Source: Candidatus Shapirobacteria bacterium (GTDB lineage: Bacteria; Patescibacteriota; Microgenomatia; 0-14-0-10-38-17). From it: DNA of 64,000 bases. The stretch is from positions 6,028-70,027 of the forward strand of contig JAQVIV010000001.1 of the NCBI GenBank assembly GCA_028695445.1. The letters are read 5' to 3'. Shown one piece after another: positions 49,324-58,905 of this stretch. A program made the translations under genes and the position numbers. Under the pieces are notes generated by a model, which had not been told where the DNA came from, did no database searches, and saw only the letters and a list, made by a program, of their open reading frames with translations. Within the stretch, counting starts at the first letter, position 1, and the number at the start of each line of letters is the position of its first letter.

Positions 49324-50034
49324 TTGTTTCTTATTGGGCGAATATTAAAGTCAAAACTTATGATTAAGGTAAACGTTTTCTCTCAAATTATTGTTACTAT
49401 TGAAGAAAAAAAGAAAACTCTCCAGCAATTGTTTTGCCAAAAACAAAAACAACTCCAAATTAAAATTGGTTGTTGGGTTTCTTCGGGAAAACAAGGTTTC
49501 AAAAAGCTTAGAAAATTACCGCAAAATTACCGCAATATCGCCGCAAAGATTGTTGATCCGGTAATGCTGGTAATTTTTACGACTGCATTCACCATCAGCC
49601 TCATCCTCCCCACCAATCAAGCCGAAAAAATAAGGCAGGTCTTTTTGGCTTCTCCTAAAAACTTCAACAACCAAATGAACATTGTCCAGGTTCTTATTGC
49701 CAATGGCTATTTAAAAACCGCTAAAAAGGAACTGGATAAAATTGGCAATCCGGAGTTCTTGACTAAAGAAGAAAAAGAAGTTTGGCAGAAAAATTACCTA
49801 ACTTGGGGTCTGCACTCGCCGGAAGGCCAAGACAGATTAATTGACAACTGGGAAAAATTTTTAGAAAAATTTTCTAATTACAAAATCGGCTGGGTCTATT
49901 TGGGCTATTTCCAATCGTTGCGAAACAAAGAGCAAGAAGCCCAAGAATCTTTCCATAAAGCTGAAAAAATCGACCCAGGATTAGAAGAAGAGATAAAAAA
50001 AATTACCAATTTTCAAATTCCAATTAACCAATAA
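49324..50034 (+). CDS. hypothetical membrane-anchored protein with TPR-like helical region (start probably internal)
   Basis: TM 'VMLVIFTTAFTISLIL'; helical repeats. No catalytic motifs. Confidence 0.3.
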   Translation: MFLIGRILKSKLMIKVNVFSQIIVTIEEKKKTLQQLFCQKQKQLQIKIGCWVSSGKQGFKKLRKLPQNYRNIAAKIVDPVMLVIFTTAFTISLILPTNQAEKIRQVFLASPKNFNNQMNIVQVLIANGYLKTAKKELDKIGNPEFLTKEEKEVWQKNYLTWGLHSPEGQDRLIDNWEKFLEKFSNYKIGWVYLGYFQSLRNKEQEAQESFHKAEKIDPGLEEEIKKITNFQIPINQ

Positions 50035-50102
50035 AACTTTTAACGTCAATTCACCCAAAACATTTCAGTTATTTCAATAAATCCAATTCCTAAAATAGAT
50101 AC

Positions 50103-50200
50103 CCACGGGCAAAGCCCGTGGTCCTCGCGTTTCGCCCCGTTCACTCGCCTACGGCGAGTGAGCTATTAATATCGGTTTCATCCACGGCCTACGGCCGTGG
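50103..50200. repeat. three consecutive GC-rich perfect hairpins (CCACGGGC-aaa-GCCCGTGG; TCACTCGCC-tac-GGCGAGTGA; CCACGGCC-tac-GGCCGTGG)
   Basis: GC-rich palindromes in an AT-rich intergenic region. The first is near-identical to the hairpin at 10108-10130. Confidence 0.55.
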
Positions 50201-50361
50201 TTTTCACCTATCTTGAAATAAAGCACCTTCTTTACCCCAACAAATTCTAATTATTTTTCTAAAGGTCTGAGGCTGTTTCACGCTAGGGGTCCGGGTTTAT
50301 GGCAAAGTCTGAGCGTCCGATGAACGGGTTGGGAACTGGGTTAATTGAAAATTGGAAATTT

Positions 50362-51063
50362 TTATTTGTCTTCTTTTGAAGCGGCTTCCTTTGGTTTTGT
50401 TTCGGACTGACCTTCTTTGGATTGTTCTTCTTGGCCCTCTTCTTCCTTACCCTCCTTACCAATAACCTCCGGTTCTTCAGCCAGAGCCGGTTTTTCCTCC
50501 TCCTCGGCTGGAGCTTCAAGTTTGGCTACAACTTCTTCTTTATCTGCCATGATAACGACTCCATCATTGACCTTAAGATCGGCCACCCTAATAACATCAC
50601 TTATTTCTTTTAATGAAGAGACATCGGCCTCTAGATGATCAGGTAATTCTTCCGGCAGAGCCTCAACCTCAATTTCTAATAAAGGCTGAATCAGAATTCC
50701 TTCCCCACTTTCGGCCCCTGGAGCCTCGCCAACCAACTCAATTGGCACTGAAACTTGAGTTTTTTTGGCCAAATCAACCTGGCGGAAATCAACATGAAGA
50801 ATTTTATCGGTCACCGGGTCAACTTGGATATCGCCAACCAAAACCGGATGAGAGGTTTTAGTCTTGCCAATGACCAAATCAATCAAACCGCTTTCGCCAG
50901 TTTTTTCAAAAACGGATAAAAAATCTTGGTAACCAAGCTGAAGAGCCTGTGATTTAATAGCTTGACCGTAGAGGTTGACCGGCAATAAACCTTCACGGCG
51001 CAAATTTTTAACCTTGCGGCCAGTAACCGTTCTTTTATCAACGACTAATTTTGGTCTTGCCAT
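50362..51063 (-). CDS. rplY: 50S ribosomal protein L25 (general stress protein Ctc form) with acidic/lysine-rich C-terminal tail
   Basis: 'RTVTGRKVKNLRREGLLPVNLYGQ' L25 N-terminus; beta-barrel domain; low-complexity tail. Confidence 0.8.
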   Translation of the reverse strand: MARPKLVVDKRTVTGRKVKNLRREGLLPVNLYGQAIKSQALQLGYQDFLSVFEKTGESGLIDLVIGKTKTSHPVLVGDIQVDPVTDKILHVDFRQVDLAKKTQVSVPIELVGEAPGAESGEGILIQPLLEIEVEALPEELPDHLEADVSSLKEISDVIRVADLKVNDGVVIMADKEEVVAKLEAPAEEEEKPALAEEPEVIGKEGKEEEGQEEQSKEGQSETKPKEAASKEDK

Positions 51064-51125
51064 AACGAAAGTATTTTAACTAAAAAGGTTAAAGAAAGCA
51101 AATACTAATAAAATTTTTAATTCTC

Positions 51126-51213
51126 AATTCCCAATTTCTATTCAATTTTTAATTATCTAAATTTTTAGAACATTAAATCATTAGAAATTCAATAAGAATT
51201 AAGAATTAGAAAT
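51126..51213. repeat. inverted pair of the dispersed AT-rich repeat (partial reverse-complement copy 51126-51165 + direct copy 51171-51213)
   Basis: 51171-51213 'cattaaatcattagaaattcaataagaattaagaattagaaatt'. Matches 13091-13141 and the reverse complement of 41451-41495. Confidence 0.55.
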
Positions 51214-51240
51214 TTAAAATTCCTTGTCTTTTAGACAAGG

Positions 51241-54183
51241 TCAGGGTTCTCCCCACTCAAACTCAAACAGGCGATCCTGGTTTAAAACGTTGCGGTAGGT
51301 AATCGCCCCTGAGGCAATATCTGTTTCCGGAGAAACTATTAAAGGCAACCAATTGGCCGGATAAGAAACTAGAGTTACATCCTCATCCCAAACTGATCCC
51401 GCCTGTTTTTGAATCAAAAAAATCAGTCTTTTACGACCTTTGCTAAACTGATTCTTAATCTGATAATTGATTTCTAAAGTAACTTGAGAGTTAATTGGAA
51501 CCTCAATTAAATAGCTCCAGACCGTTTTCCCCATTTCCTGATTAACAGCCAAATTAATTGCTTGTCTTTGGCCGGCATTATTTTCTAAAAAGGCTTCTTG
51601 CAAAATCGCCGAACCAGGTACATAAAGACGCCAGTAATTCTTATAGGTTCCGGCGGGCCAGCTTTGGGTTTGGGCAGTATTTTGCCAAGTCAATCTCAGA
51701 GAATGATTAACCTGGGTATCGCTTACCCCCAGTCGCTGAATCAGTCTTTTTTTAACAAAAAAATTGGCTTTATTAGCACCAATATTGGTATCAATCGCCC
51801 AAAGATAAGAGGATAAACAACTTTCCTTTTGGCAAACTGCCTCTTTAATGCCACCATCAAAACCTAGGGCCATCACTTGCCCTTCTAGTTTGGGATCAGT
51901 AAAGTACATCATTATTTCTCCTTCCAGAAAAGACTGCTGAAAAGCCGTTAATAGCGAAACCGGCAGATTATTTTCCCGTTTTAAAACCGCTAAAATCTCA
52001 AAAACCAGGCTCCCCAAGAAATCCTTCTTCTGAGTTGAACCGGGGAAAAAACCAACTTCAGAATGATATTCGGCTCGTTCAAACAAATTTTGAGCCGTAA
52101 TTTTTTCCTGATAATCGGGTAAATAAATTTCGCCCAAAGCTGATAAAATTTCTTGGGCTACCCGAAGATTAATTGCCACCACGGCATCGGCATCTTGATC
52201 TAATTGTTTTTGCCAAAACCACAACACCTGACGAGCCGTAGTAGGAAAATCCGGCGACCAATTAGAGTCTCTCAAATACCAGGTTTCCTCACCTAAATAT
52301 TCCTTCAGGTCTTGAGGGGGATCAACCTGGCCTTTTAACTGACCATCGGCTTCGTAAACATCTTTGACAGTAAAATCAACTAATCGACCGGAAGAAAAGT
52401 TCATCAGAGCCAAAGAACCAATAAAACCACCGGTAGGGCGCAATTCCATATTATTTTGTAAGAGCAAAATTATCTTTTGCTCATCGTGGCTTAAAAAATT
52501 AGCCAAAAAAGGTAGAGAATCTAGTGTTAGTTTGGTTGCCTCGACAATTGCTGGTAATTGACTTAGGGCTTGTTTAGCAAAACTACCCGACAGGCTTTTA
52601 CCAGTAGCAGAAACATTAGTCAGTTTAAAATAGGCTCTTTGAGCGGTTTGCTCACTAGTCTCAATTAAGCTAGAAAAATTTGCCTCTTTCTCCGCTTCTG
52701 GGTTAATAACAGCGCCAAAAACCCGATTTAGTTGATAAGCAGAATCAGAAAAATAACTCAAAGCTTCAGCCGCCTCCTGACCCAAGACAGCCATTTTGAC
52801 AATTTCAGAAAGGTTATTATGACCCACCAGGGGCAGCAATATAGGAGTTAACTTTTCTATTGTGTTCTTGGCCAAATAAAAATGACTCTGGGCACTTTCC
52901 GCCTGTTTCCGACAAAAAGATAGCTGGCCGGACAAGCAGGATTCTTGACTTTTATTAAGGTTAATAAACGCCCAAGCCAAATCCTTAACCAAAAAAAGAA
53001 ACGGTGATAAGAAAAAAAACAAAACCAGCAAAATTAAACCAAACCGGTGCTTATTTTTACTAACCAGCTGGGGTTTTTTCGGAGAAGATTGAGATGGCAA
53101 GTTGGTTTGGGGCAAACGGCTATCCTGAAGCAACCGACTAATATTAATTTTGTGAATCAGCAGTTCACGATCTTCCTTTGGCTGATCTTGGGGAGATCGT
53201 GACAACCATAAACCCTCATTTGGGGTTTTTAAATTTCTCTTACTATCGTCTTTGGATTTTCCCAAAGAGGGGGCGACAAAAGAAGCCTTTTCCAAGTCAG
53301 AAATCTGTTCATCGGGCGTTAGTTTGTCAGGTTTATCAGCCGGTTTAATTGTAGTCTCATCAGAAACTACCCCAGCACTAGATAATAAGCGGCTAACATC
53401 GGGGCGATTCAGCCAATTCATTGTTATTTCAACTGCCTCAGAAGAAGAAAAATTCACCTTCCAACCCAGTTCTTTTCCAGATAATTCAATTTCCCTTTGG
53501 TAGTTAATCGTTGGCGAATTTTTCTGTTCATCAAATTCAATCTTGACTTGTCCGACCTGGTCAGACCATAATTTAGCAAAAGAAAAGAGGGTAATTTCCT
53601 CACCGGCAAAATAAAAAACCCGACCCTCTGATTGAGGCATAAACAGGGCCGAAGTCAAACCAGTGGTCAAATCTTTAACAAACAAGGGATAAACTAAACT
53701 GGAACCATCACCAGCCAACCTTATTCGCCGACGGAAAAAAACATCGCTTATTAATTTGGCCGTCCAAGAATCGGAGTCTAAATTCATCCGCGGACCAAAA
53801 ACGCCATCGGCACAAACAAAACGACAATTAACACCCAACTCTTGAGCCTTATCAAAAACCATATCACTAAATTTCGATCCCAAAAACAACCAGCGGGCGT
53901 TTTGAAGCTGATTATTATCCAAATAATCAAACCATTTGGCGTCTAAGCAAAAAACATAATCCACTTCGCCGAAGTTGTCGGGAAGCTTTTCCACCATCTC
54001 AAAATTACGGTTGCCAACAAGATGAGCAATGTTATTCTCTTTTAGAGGGCTTGGTTGATCAAAACAAACCACTCGACAATCTTGGGCCAAGAGCGAATCG
54101 GCTAAATACGAGCCAACAGCGCCGGCGCCAGCCAAAATTACCGCTAAAGGGTTGTTAGGAGTTTGGGAAGATAACAGGCTCAT
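51241..54183 (-). CDS. fusion of an N-terminal NAD-dependent epimerase/dehydratase-like Rossmann domain, Ser/Pro-rich linker, TM helix and a C-terminal DUF4012-like domain
   Basis: 'VILAGAGAVGSYLADSLL' GxGxxG; central TM 'FGLILLVLFFFLSPFLFLV'; 'ELRPTGGFIGSLALMNFSSGRL' block recalled as DUF4012-like. Confidence 0.45.
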   Translation of the reverse strand: MSLLSSQTPNNPLAVILAGAGAVGSYLADSLLAQDCRVVCFDQPSPLKENNIAHLVGNRNFEMVEKLPDNFGEVDYVFCLDAKWFDYLDNNQLQNARWLFLGSKFSDMVFDKAQELGVNCRFVCADGVFGPRMNLDSDSWTAKLISDVFFRRRIRLAGDGSSLVYPLFVKDLTTGLTSALFMPQSEGRVFYFAGEEITLFSFAKLWSDQVGQVKIEFDEQKNSPTINYQREIELSGKELGWKVNFSSSEAVEITMNWLNRPDVSRLLSSAGVVSDETTIKPADKPDKLTPDEQISDLEKASFVAPSLGKSKDDSKRNLKTPNEGLWLSRSPQDQPKEDRELLIHKINISRLLQDSRLPQTNLPSQSSPKKPQLVSKNKHRFGLILLVLFFFLSPFLFLVKDLAWAFINLNKSQESCLSGQLSFCRKQAESAQSHFYLAKNTIEKLTPILLPLVGHNNLSEIVKMAVLGQEAAEALSYFSDSAYQLNRVFGAVINPEAEKEANFSSLIETSEQTAQRAYFKLTNVSATGKSLSGSFAKQALSQLPAIVEATKLTLDSLPFLANFLSHDEQKIILLLQNNMELRPTGGFIGSLALMNFSSGRLVDFTVKDVYEADGQLKGQVDPPQDLKEYLGEETWYLRDSNWSPDFPTTARQVLWFWQKQLDQDADAVVAINLRVAQEILSALGEIYLPDYQEKITAQNLFERAEYHSEVGFFPGSTQKKDFLGSLVFEILAVLKRENNLPVSLLTAFQQSFLEGEIMMYFTDPKLEGQVMALGFDGGIKEAVCQKESCLSSYLWAIDTNIGANKANFFVKKRLIQRLGVSDTQVNHSLRLTWQNTAQTQSWPAGTYKNYWRLYVPGSAILQEAFLENNAGQRQAINLAVNQEMGKTVWSYLIEVPINSQVTLEINYQIKNQFSKGRKRLIFLIQKQAGSVWDEDVTLVSYPANWLPLIVSPETDIASGAITYRNVLNQDRLFEFEWGEP

Positions 54184-54354
54184 TAACCTTAATGATAACA
54201 GAAAAGGATAGTCTTTTTAATTTTCAATTAACCCAATTGATCCAAAAATGACCAATTTTCAAATATTGATCTTGTCAGGGTCAATCCAGGGTAACCAACG
54301 ATTCGGTAACTGAATCTAGCCATCACTATAAGGCAATTTAATCTTTGGTGTAAA

Positions 54355-55626
54355 ATGAAATCCATGAATAAGGAAACCGCTTCTTTGGCTAAAAACACCC
54401 TCTGGCAAGCCCTAGGACGAATAGTGATGTTGGCTTGCTCTTTGGCAACTGCTCATTTCCTGACTAGGTTTTTAGGCGTTGAGGCTTGGGGAAACTACAT
54501 TTTTATCACCACTGTTGTTTTAATGGTCTTTAACTTGGCCGACTTTGGCACTGGCACAATCACCGTTAAAAAGCTGGCCGGTAATCAAGTTAACTCCAAA
54601 GAAAAAAGGACTATTCTCAACCAGGCCTTGACTCTAAAGATAATCTTCTCGCTAATCACCCTGCTTCTTCTGGTCGGGCCGGTATTAACCCTAAATCAAT
54701 TCGAAAACATCAGGATTATAACTTTGTTGTCTAGTTTAGTAGTCATTTTTTTAAGCCTAAGAACCCTGGCCGAAGCCTTTTTTATGGCCAACCTTGATTT
54801 TATCGCCAAAACAATTTTCGAAACCGGCGCCTCATTAATATCGGTTTTGGGCATCGCCTTAATAATCTTGGTCAGCCAGCAAATAAGTCTATCTCAGGCT
54901 TTACTTATTTGGCTGTTGTCGGCAGCCATCAGCGCCGTATCAGCAATAATTTGCCTAAAAAAGAGGACAGCCTTTTCTTTTAAACCGGTCAGGGACGGAC
55001 TAAAAAGTTTTTTAAAACAATCGGCACCAGTGGGAGTCAGACAGCTAGTCTTTGCCCTTTATGATGCCGGCATTGATAGTTTTTTCTTAAAAACCATAAT
55101 TGGCTCAAATGCTGTGGGTCTTTACGGCCTGTCTTACAAAATCTATACCAATCTTATACTGGGAGCGGCTTTTTTCATGAACAGTCTCTTCCCGATTATC
55201 GTCAAAAAACCTTCTCGTCATTTACCAAATACCCTAAAACAAGGAGGGCTATTTTTGCTAGGTTTCGGAGTTGTTATTAGTTTAACCATGGTTATTTTAG
55301 CGCCAGTTATTATTAATCTAATTGGCGGCGAAGCTTTTGGTCCGGCGATTGAAGTTTTGCGGATATTATCGCTGGCGCTAATTTTTGGCTATTTAAATCA
55401 TTTAACCGGCTACACGATGATTGCTTTGGGAGCTCAAAAACAACTTCTTCATTTGTCTTTGCTGGCTCTGGCGATCAATTTGGCCGGCAACTGGTTGTTT
55501 ATTCCCAAGTTTGGTATTAGTGGTGCCGCCTGGGTAACTGTCGCCACTGAAGGATCAATTCTGATAACCACTGGTGTTTTTTTAATCAAAAGGCTAAAAT
55601 CAAACCCTGGCAAACAAATAACATGA
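54355..55626 (+). CDS. oligosaccharide/polysaccharide flippase (Wzx-like, MOP superfamily)
   Basis: About 12-14 TM helices. Composition and length match the Wzx/MOP family. Confidence 0.6.
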   Translation: MKSMNKETASLAKNTLWQALGRIVMLACSLATAHFLTRFLGVEAWGNYIFITTVVLMVFNLADFGTGTITVKKLAGNQVNSKEKRTILNQALTLKIIFSLITLLLLVGPVLTLNQFENIRIITLLSSLVVIFLSLRTLAEAFFMANLDFIAKTIFETGASLISVLGIALIILVSQQISLSQALLIWLLSAAISAVSAIICLKKRTAFSFKPVRDGLKSFLKQSAPVGVRQLVFALYDAGIDSFFLKTIIGSNAVGLYGLSYKIYTNLILGAAFFMNSLFPIIVKKPSRHLPNTLKQGGLFLLGFGVVISLTMVILAPVIINLIGGEAFGPAIEVLRILSLALIFGYLNHLTGYTMIALGAQKQLLHLSLLALAINLAGNWLFIPKFGISGAAWVTVATEGSILITTGVFLIKRLKSNPGKQIT

Positions 55627-56045
55627 AAATTCTAAATATTTTTACTGATGGCGGAGCCCGTGGTAATCCCGGACCGGCGGGAATCGGCGTGGTTGTTAAA
55701 GATGGCAAAAAAACTATTTTTTCCTGCTCAACCTACCTTGGTCAAACCACCAATAATGAAGCCGAGTACCACGCCCTAAAAAGAGCTTTTGAATGGCTAA
55801 ATAAAAACCAGACTTTAGTTAAAAGCTTTGACCAGATTAATTGCTACCTTGACTCATTGCTGGTTGTTTCCCAAATGTCCGGCCGCTACAAGGTTAAGGC
55901 CGCCAACCTCATGGGCTTTATAACCAAAATCAAAAACACTGAAAAAATTTTACCTGTTAAAGTTGTCTATCATCATATTGGCCGAAACAAAAACCAAGAA
56001 GCCGACGCTTTAGTTAACCAAGCCCTAGATAGAGCCGCCGAATAG
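55623..56045 (+). CDS. rnhA: ribonuclease HI
   Basis: 'IFTDGGARGNPGPAGIGVVV', 'TNNEAEYHAL', C-terminal 'NQEADALVNQAL'. Confidence 0.8.
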   Translation: MKILNIFTDGGARGNPGPAGIGVVVKDGKKTIFSCSTYLGQTTNNEAEYHALKRAFEWLNKNQTLVKSFDQINCYLDSLLVVSQMSGRYKVKAANLMGFITKIKNTEKILPVKVVYHHIGRNKNQEADALVNQALDRAAE

Positions 56046-56052
56046 AAATTAT

Positions 56053-57321
56053 CTAACACCTTCCTCTTTTCACCTTAAGGGTGTAAGACGGGGAAGTGGA
56101 AAGAGCGATAGCCATTACCACTCCCAAAAGCAAAAAATTTTGTTGTAGTGTTAGCCAATAATGATCAAAAAATCCTAAAAAAATGATCACCAAAAATAAC
56201 TGGCGCCAATAACGGCCAACTAAAAACCACCACCTGGTCAGCCAATAAACAAGCCAGAATAATCCCAACAGGCCGGCTTCAGCCAAAATCAACAAAAAAA
56301 GATTATGAACCGGTTGATAAAAATTAAGACCGGCTCGAGAGAAACCTAATTGGCCCTGGGCCGGAATAAAGCTTCCCAAACCCCAACCCAAAAGTGGTCG
56401 CTCCATAAACAGCTGTCCAGCATTTCTAGTTAAAAAAAGCCGCTCACGAATTGACAATTCTTCAATTAAACCAAAGTGGCCAACAAGAAAAACAAAAACC
56501 CCAAAAAACAAGCCGGCCAAAACCAAACCCAAAAAACGATTGCTAAAATTTTTGACCAAATAGGCCAAGCCCAGCAAAAAGATTACCAGCCAAACGGCTC
56601 CTGAAAAAGTAATCACTAACACGGTCGACATCAGCGCCAAACCAAAATAAAAAAAAATCCCCAGCTTTTTGGCTAAAAACGGTTTGAAAAACCAAAAAAT
56701 AATTAAAGCAATCAACATGAAACCTGCCAAACTGTTGGGGTGAGAAAAAACGGCCATCGGCCGAACGAACAAACGACCAAAGAGACTCATTTTGGCCACC
56801 CCCAAAGTGCTGGAATTAAAAAAACGCTCACCGACCCACCAAAAGATGCCCTGAACAGAACCTTGAAGCAAGAACTGGCCCCAAGCTAAAAAAACCGTTA
56901 AGGTAAGACTAAAAAACAACGGTATTAATAAACCAGGAGAGAAATTAACGGAAAAGTAACCAATTAAGAAAGCCAACTGGCACCATTTTAGAGCTCGATA
57001 ACCAGACAAGGCGGGTAAAAAAGAAAACAGCAGGTTAATAGCAAAAAAAACCATTGTTCCCCCGATCAACCAAAACCAGGCCTTGTTTTCCCTAAAGGAC
57101 AAAGAATGGGGCAATCTGAAAAAATCAAAAAACCAAACCAACGCCAACGCCAGCAAAATAAGATCAGTTAAGAAAATAACCGGTGATAAAAAATCAATTT
57201 TTATCCCCCAAAAGTAAGACCAGGCGGGCCAAAAGAAATAACCTAATTGGGTGGGCAAAAAAAAGAAGAACAGTCCGGCAGGAATTTTTTTTATCTTACT
57301 TAAAGTAATAGGGGTTAACAC
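56053..57321 (-). CDS. O-antigen ligase/polymerase-like (Wzy/WaaL family) membrane protein
   Basis: About 10-12 TM helices with a large periplasmic loop, adjacent to the flippase. Confidence 0.45.
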   Translation of the reverse strand: MLTPITLSKIKKIPAGLFFFFLPTQLGYFFWPAWSYFWGIKIDFLSPVIFLTDLILLALALVWFFDFFRLPHSLSFRENKAWFWLIGGTMVFFAINLLFSFLPALSGYRALKWCQLAFLIGYFSVNFSPGLLIPLFFSLTLTVFLAWGQFLLQGSVQGIFWWVGERFFNSSTLGVAKMSLFGRLFVRPMAVFSHPNSLAGFMLIALIIFWFFKPFLAKKLGIFFYFGLALMSTVLVITFSGAVWLVIFLLGLAYLVKNFSNRFLGLVLAGLFFGVFVFLVGHFGLIEELSIRERLFLTRNAGQLFMERPLLGWGLGSFIPAQGQLGFSRAGLNFYQPVHNLFLLILAEAGLLGLFWLVYWLTRWWFLVGRYWRQLFLVIIFLGFFDHYWLTLQQNFLLLGVVMAIALSTSPSYTLKVKRGRC

Positions 57322-57354
57322 CTTCGCCTTACTATTAAAAACTCAAATCAATTC

Positions 57355-57816
57355 TTATTTGAGACTTATAATTAACTGACGGCCGCGACCTTCGCCCTCA
57401 GAATGGGTTTTAACATCGGAATCATCCTTAAAGAATAGGTGAACCTGGCGCCTTTCTCTGGAAGAAAGATTGGCAATGGCAATTGATTGACCGGTAGCTT
57501 TGGCTTGATCAAGAGCCCGACGAGCCATTTCTTCAACCTGAGCTTGACGTTTTTGACGATAACCGTCAACATCAATAATAATATGAAACCACTGACCGGT
57601 TTTTTTAAAAACCATTAGGCCCAAAATGGTCTGAAGAGCCGATAGGTTTTGACCATGATAACCAACCAGAAGGGCATTATCAGCCTCAGAGGACAGCTCA
57701 ACCAAAATGGCGGCTTCTTCTTCGCCGGGACCAATTTTAGCCTGAGCTAAAACACCCAAATTTTCCATTAATTCCTTCAGGGTTTTATCAATAATGGTTA
57801 GAATTTTTTTATCCAT
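57355..57816 (-). CDS. jag: Jag/KhpB-like RNA-binding protein (KH + R3H domains)
   Basis: C-terminal R3H 'RRQVHLFF'; conserved position next to yidC. Confidence 0.6.
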   Translation of the reverse strand: MDKKILTIIDKTLKELMENLGVLAQAKIGPGEEEAAILVELSSEADNALLVGYHGQNLSALQTILGLMVFKKTGQWFHIIIDVDGYRQKRQAQVEEMARRALDQAKATGQSIAIANLSSRERRQVHLFFKDDSDVKTHSEGEGRGRQLIISLK

Positions 57817-58582
57817 GCTTCACCTGCCTTTTGCTGGCTGTCAAATCGGTATTTCTTTTAATGATATATTGTTGAACTAGGCCGGCCAAAGAAAAAACAA
57901 ACCAATAGAGGGTTAGGCCAGAAGGAAAACGAAAACCAATAATAATGGTCATTAGGGGCATTAAAAAAGTCATCTGTTTCTGCATCGACACCATCATGTC
58001 ATCACCCTTTGAGGGGGTTTTTTGAGCACTAACTTTGGCCCCTTTAATGGTGGGAGACGATAGCCGGGCAGTTAAAATTTGAGCCACAGCCGACAAAGCC
58101 AAAAAGACCCCAGGCAAACGACCGGCGATGACGTCAGGACTGGTTAAATCAAGATACCAAAAGGAAAAATTGATTCCCCCTGGGGGTAGAGAGATCCCAG
58201 AATAGAGCATTTTGGCCAACTGATCGATTGACTCGGGATTAAGTACTCGATTAAAAACTTGAAATAAGGCCAGCAGGATTACCAACTGGATAATGGAAGG
58301 TAAACAACCAGCGGCCGGATTAACACCCTCAGATCGATAAAGAGCCATCTGGGCCTGGGCCAACTTTTCCTTGTCACCTTCATGTTTTTTCTTTAATTTT
58401 TCTAATTTCGGCGCCAACTGTTTCATTTTTTCACCCGATTTTAAACTCGGAATCATAACCGGAATCAGAAGAATTTTAATAAGCAGGGTAATAACAATTA
58501 TCCCCCAGCCTAAAGAACCAAAAATATTAGTGAATATAACTAGCAAATTAGCTAATGGCTGGATAAAAATTGTTTCGAACAT
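57809..58582 (-). CDS. yidC: membrane protein insertase YidC (short form)
   Basis: YidC/Oxa1 core TM helices, 257 aa, synteny with yidD-rnpA-rpmH. Confidence 0.8.
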   Translation of the reverse strand: MFETIFIQPLANLLVIFTNIFGSLGWGIIVITLLIKILLIPVMIPSLKSGEKMKQLAPKLEKLKKKHEGDKEKLAQAQMALYRSEGVNPAAGCLPSIIQLVILLALFQVFNRVLNPESIDQLAKMLYSGISLPPGGINFSFWYLDLTSPDVIAGRLPGVFLALSAVAQILTARLSSPTIKGAKVSAQKTPSKGDDMMVSMQKQMTFLMPLMTIIIGFRFPSGLTLYWFVFSLAGLVQQYIIKRNTDLTASKRQVKHG

Positions 58583-58701
58583 AATTAAAAACTCAAAACT
58601 TAAAGTTCAAAGCTCAAAACCAAAACTAAAAACCTTTAAGCCAAAAATTTTTTGACATTTATGCTTTGATTTTGAGTTTAAAAGACCCTTTTTGGGGGTT
58701 T

Positions 58702-58905
58702 TTAAGGTAAATCCACTCCTCCCTTACTAAAAGGATGGCAGCGAAAAACACGCCCCAATCCCATCAAACTGCCCTGTAGTATACCATGATCGCAAATTGC
58801 CTGATAACAGTATTCCGAACAAGAAGGAATAAATCGGCAGGGTCGACCCCAAAGGGCCGGCAGAGCCTGATAACAACGAATAATTTTAAGAATCAGCTTT
58901 TTCAT
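58702..58905 (-). CDS. yidD: membrane protein insertion efficiency factor YidD
   Basis: 'RFIPSCSEYCYQAICDHG', 'RCHPFSKGGVD' conserved YidD motifs. Confidence 0.8.
   Translation of the reverse strand: MKKLILKIIRCYQALPALWGRPCRFIPSCSEYCYQAICDHGILQGSLMGLGRVFRCHPFSKGGVDLP

Noticed and set aside
50270-50345. Weak resemblance to SRP RNA domain IV (GCUGUUU...GGUCCGG...AAG)
   Set aside because: The GGAA tetraloop and symmetric-loop consensus are not reproduced, so the match is too partial without a covariance-model search.
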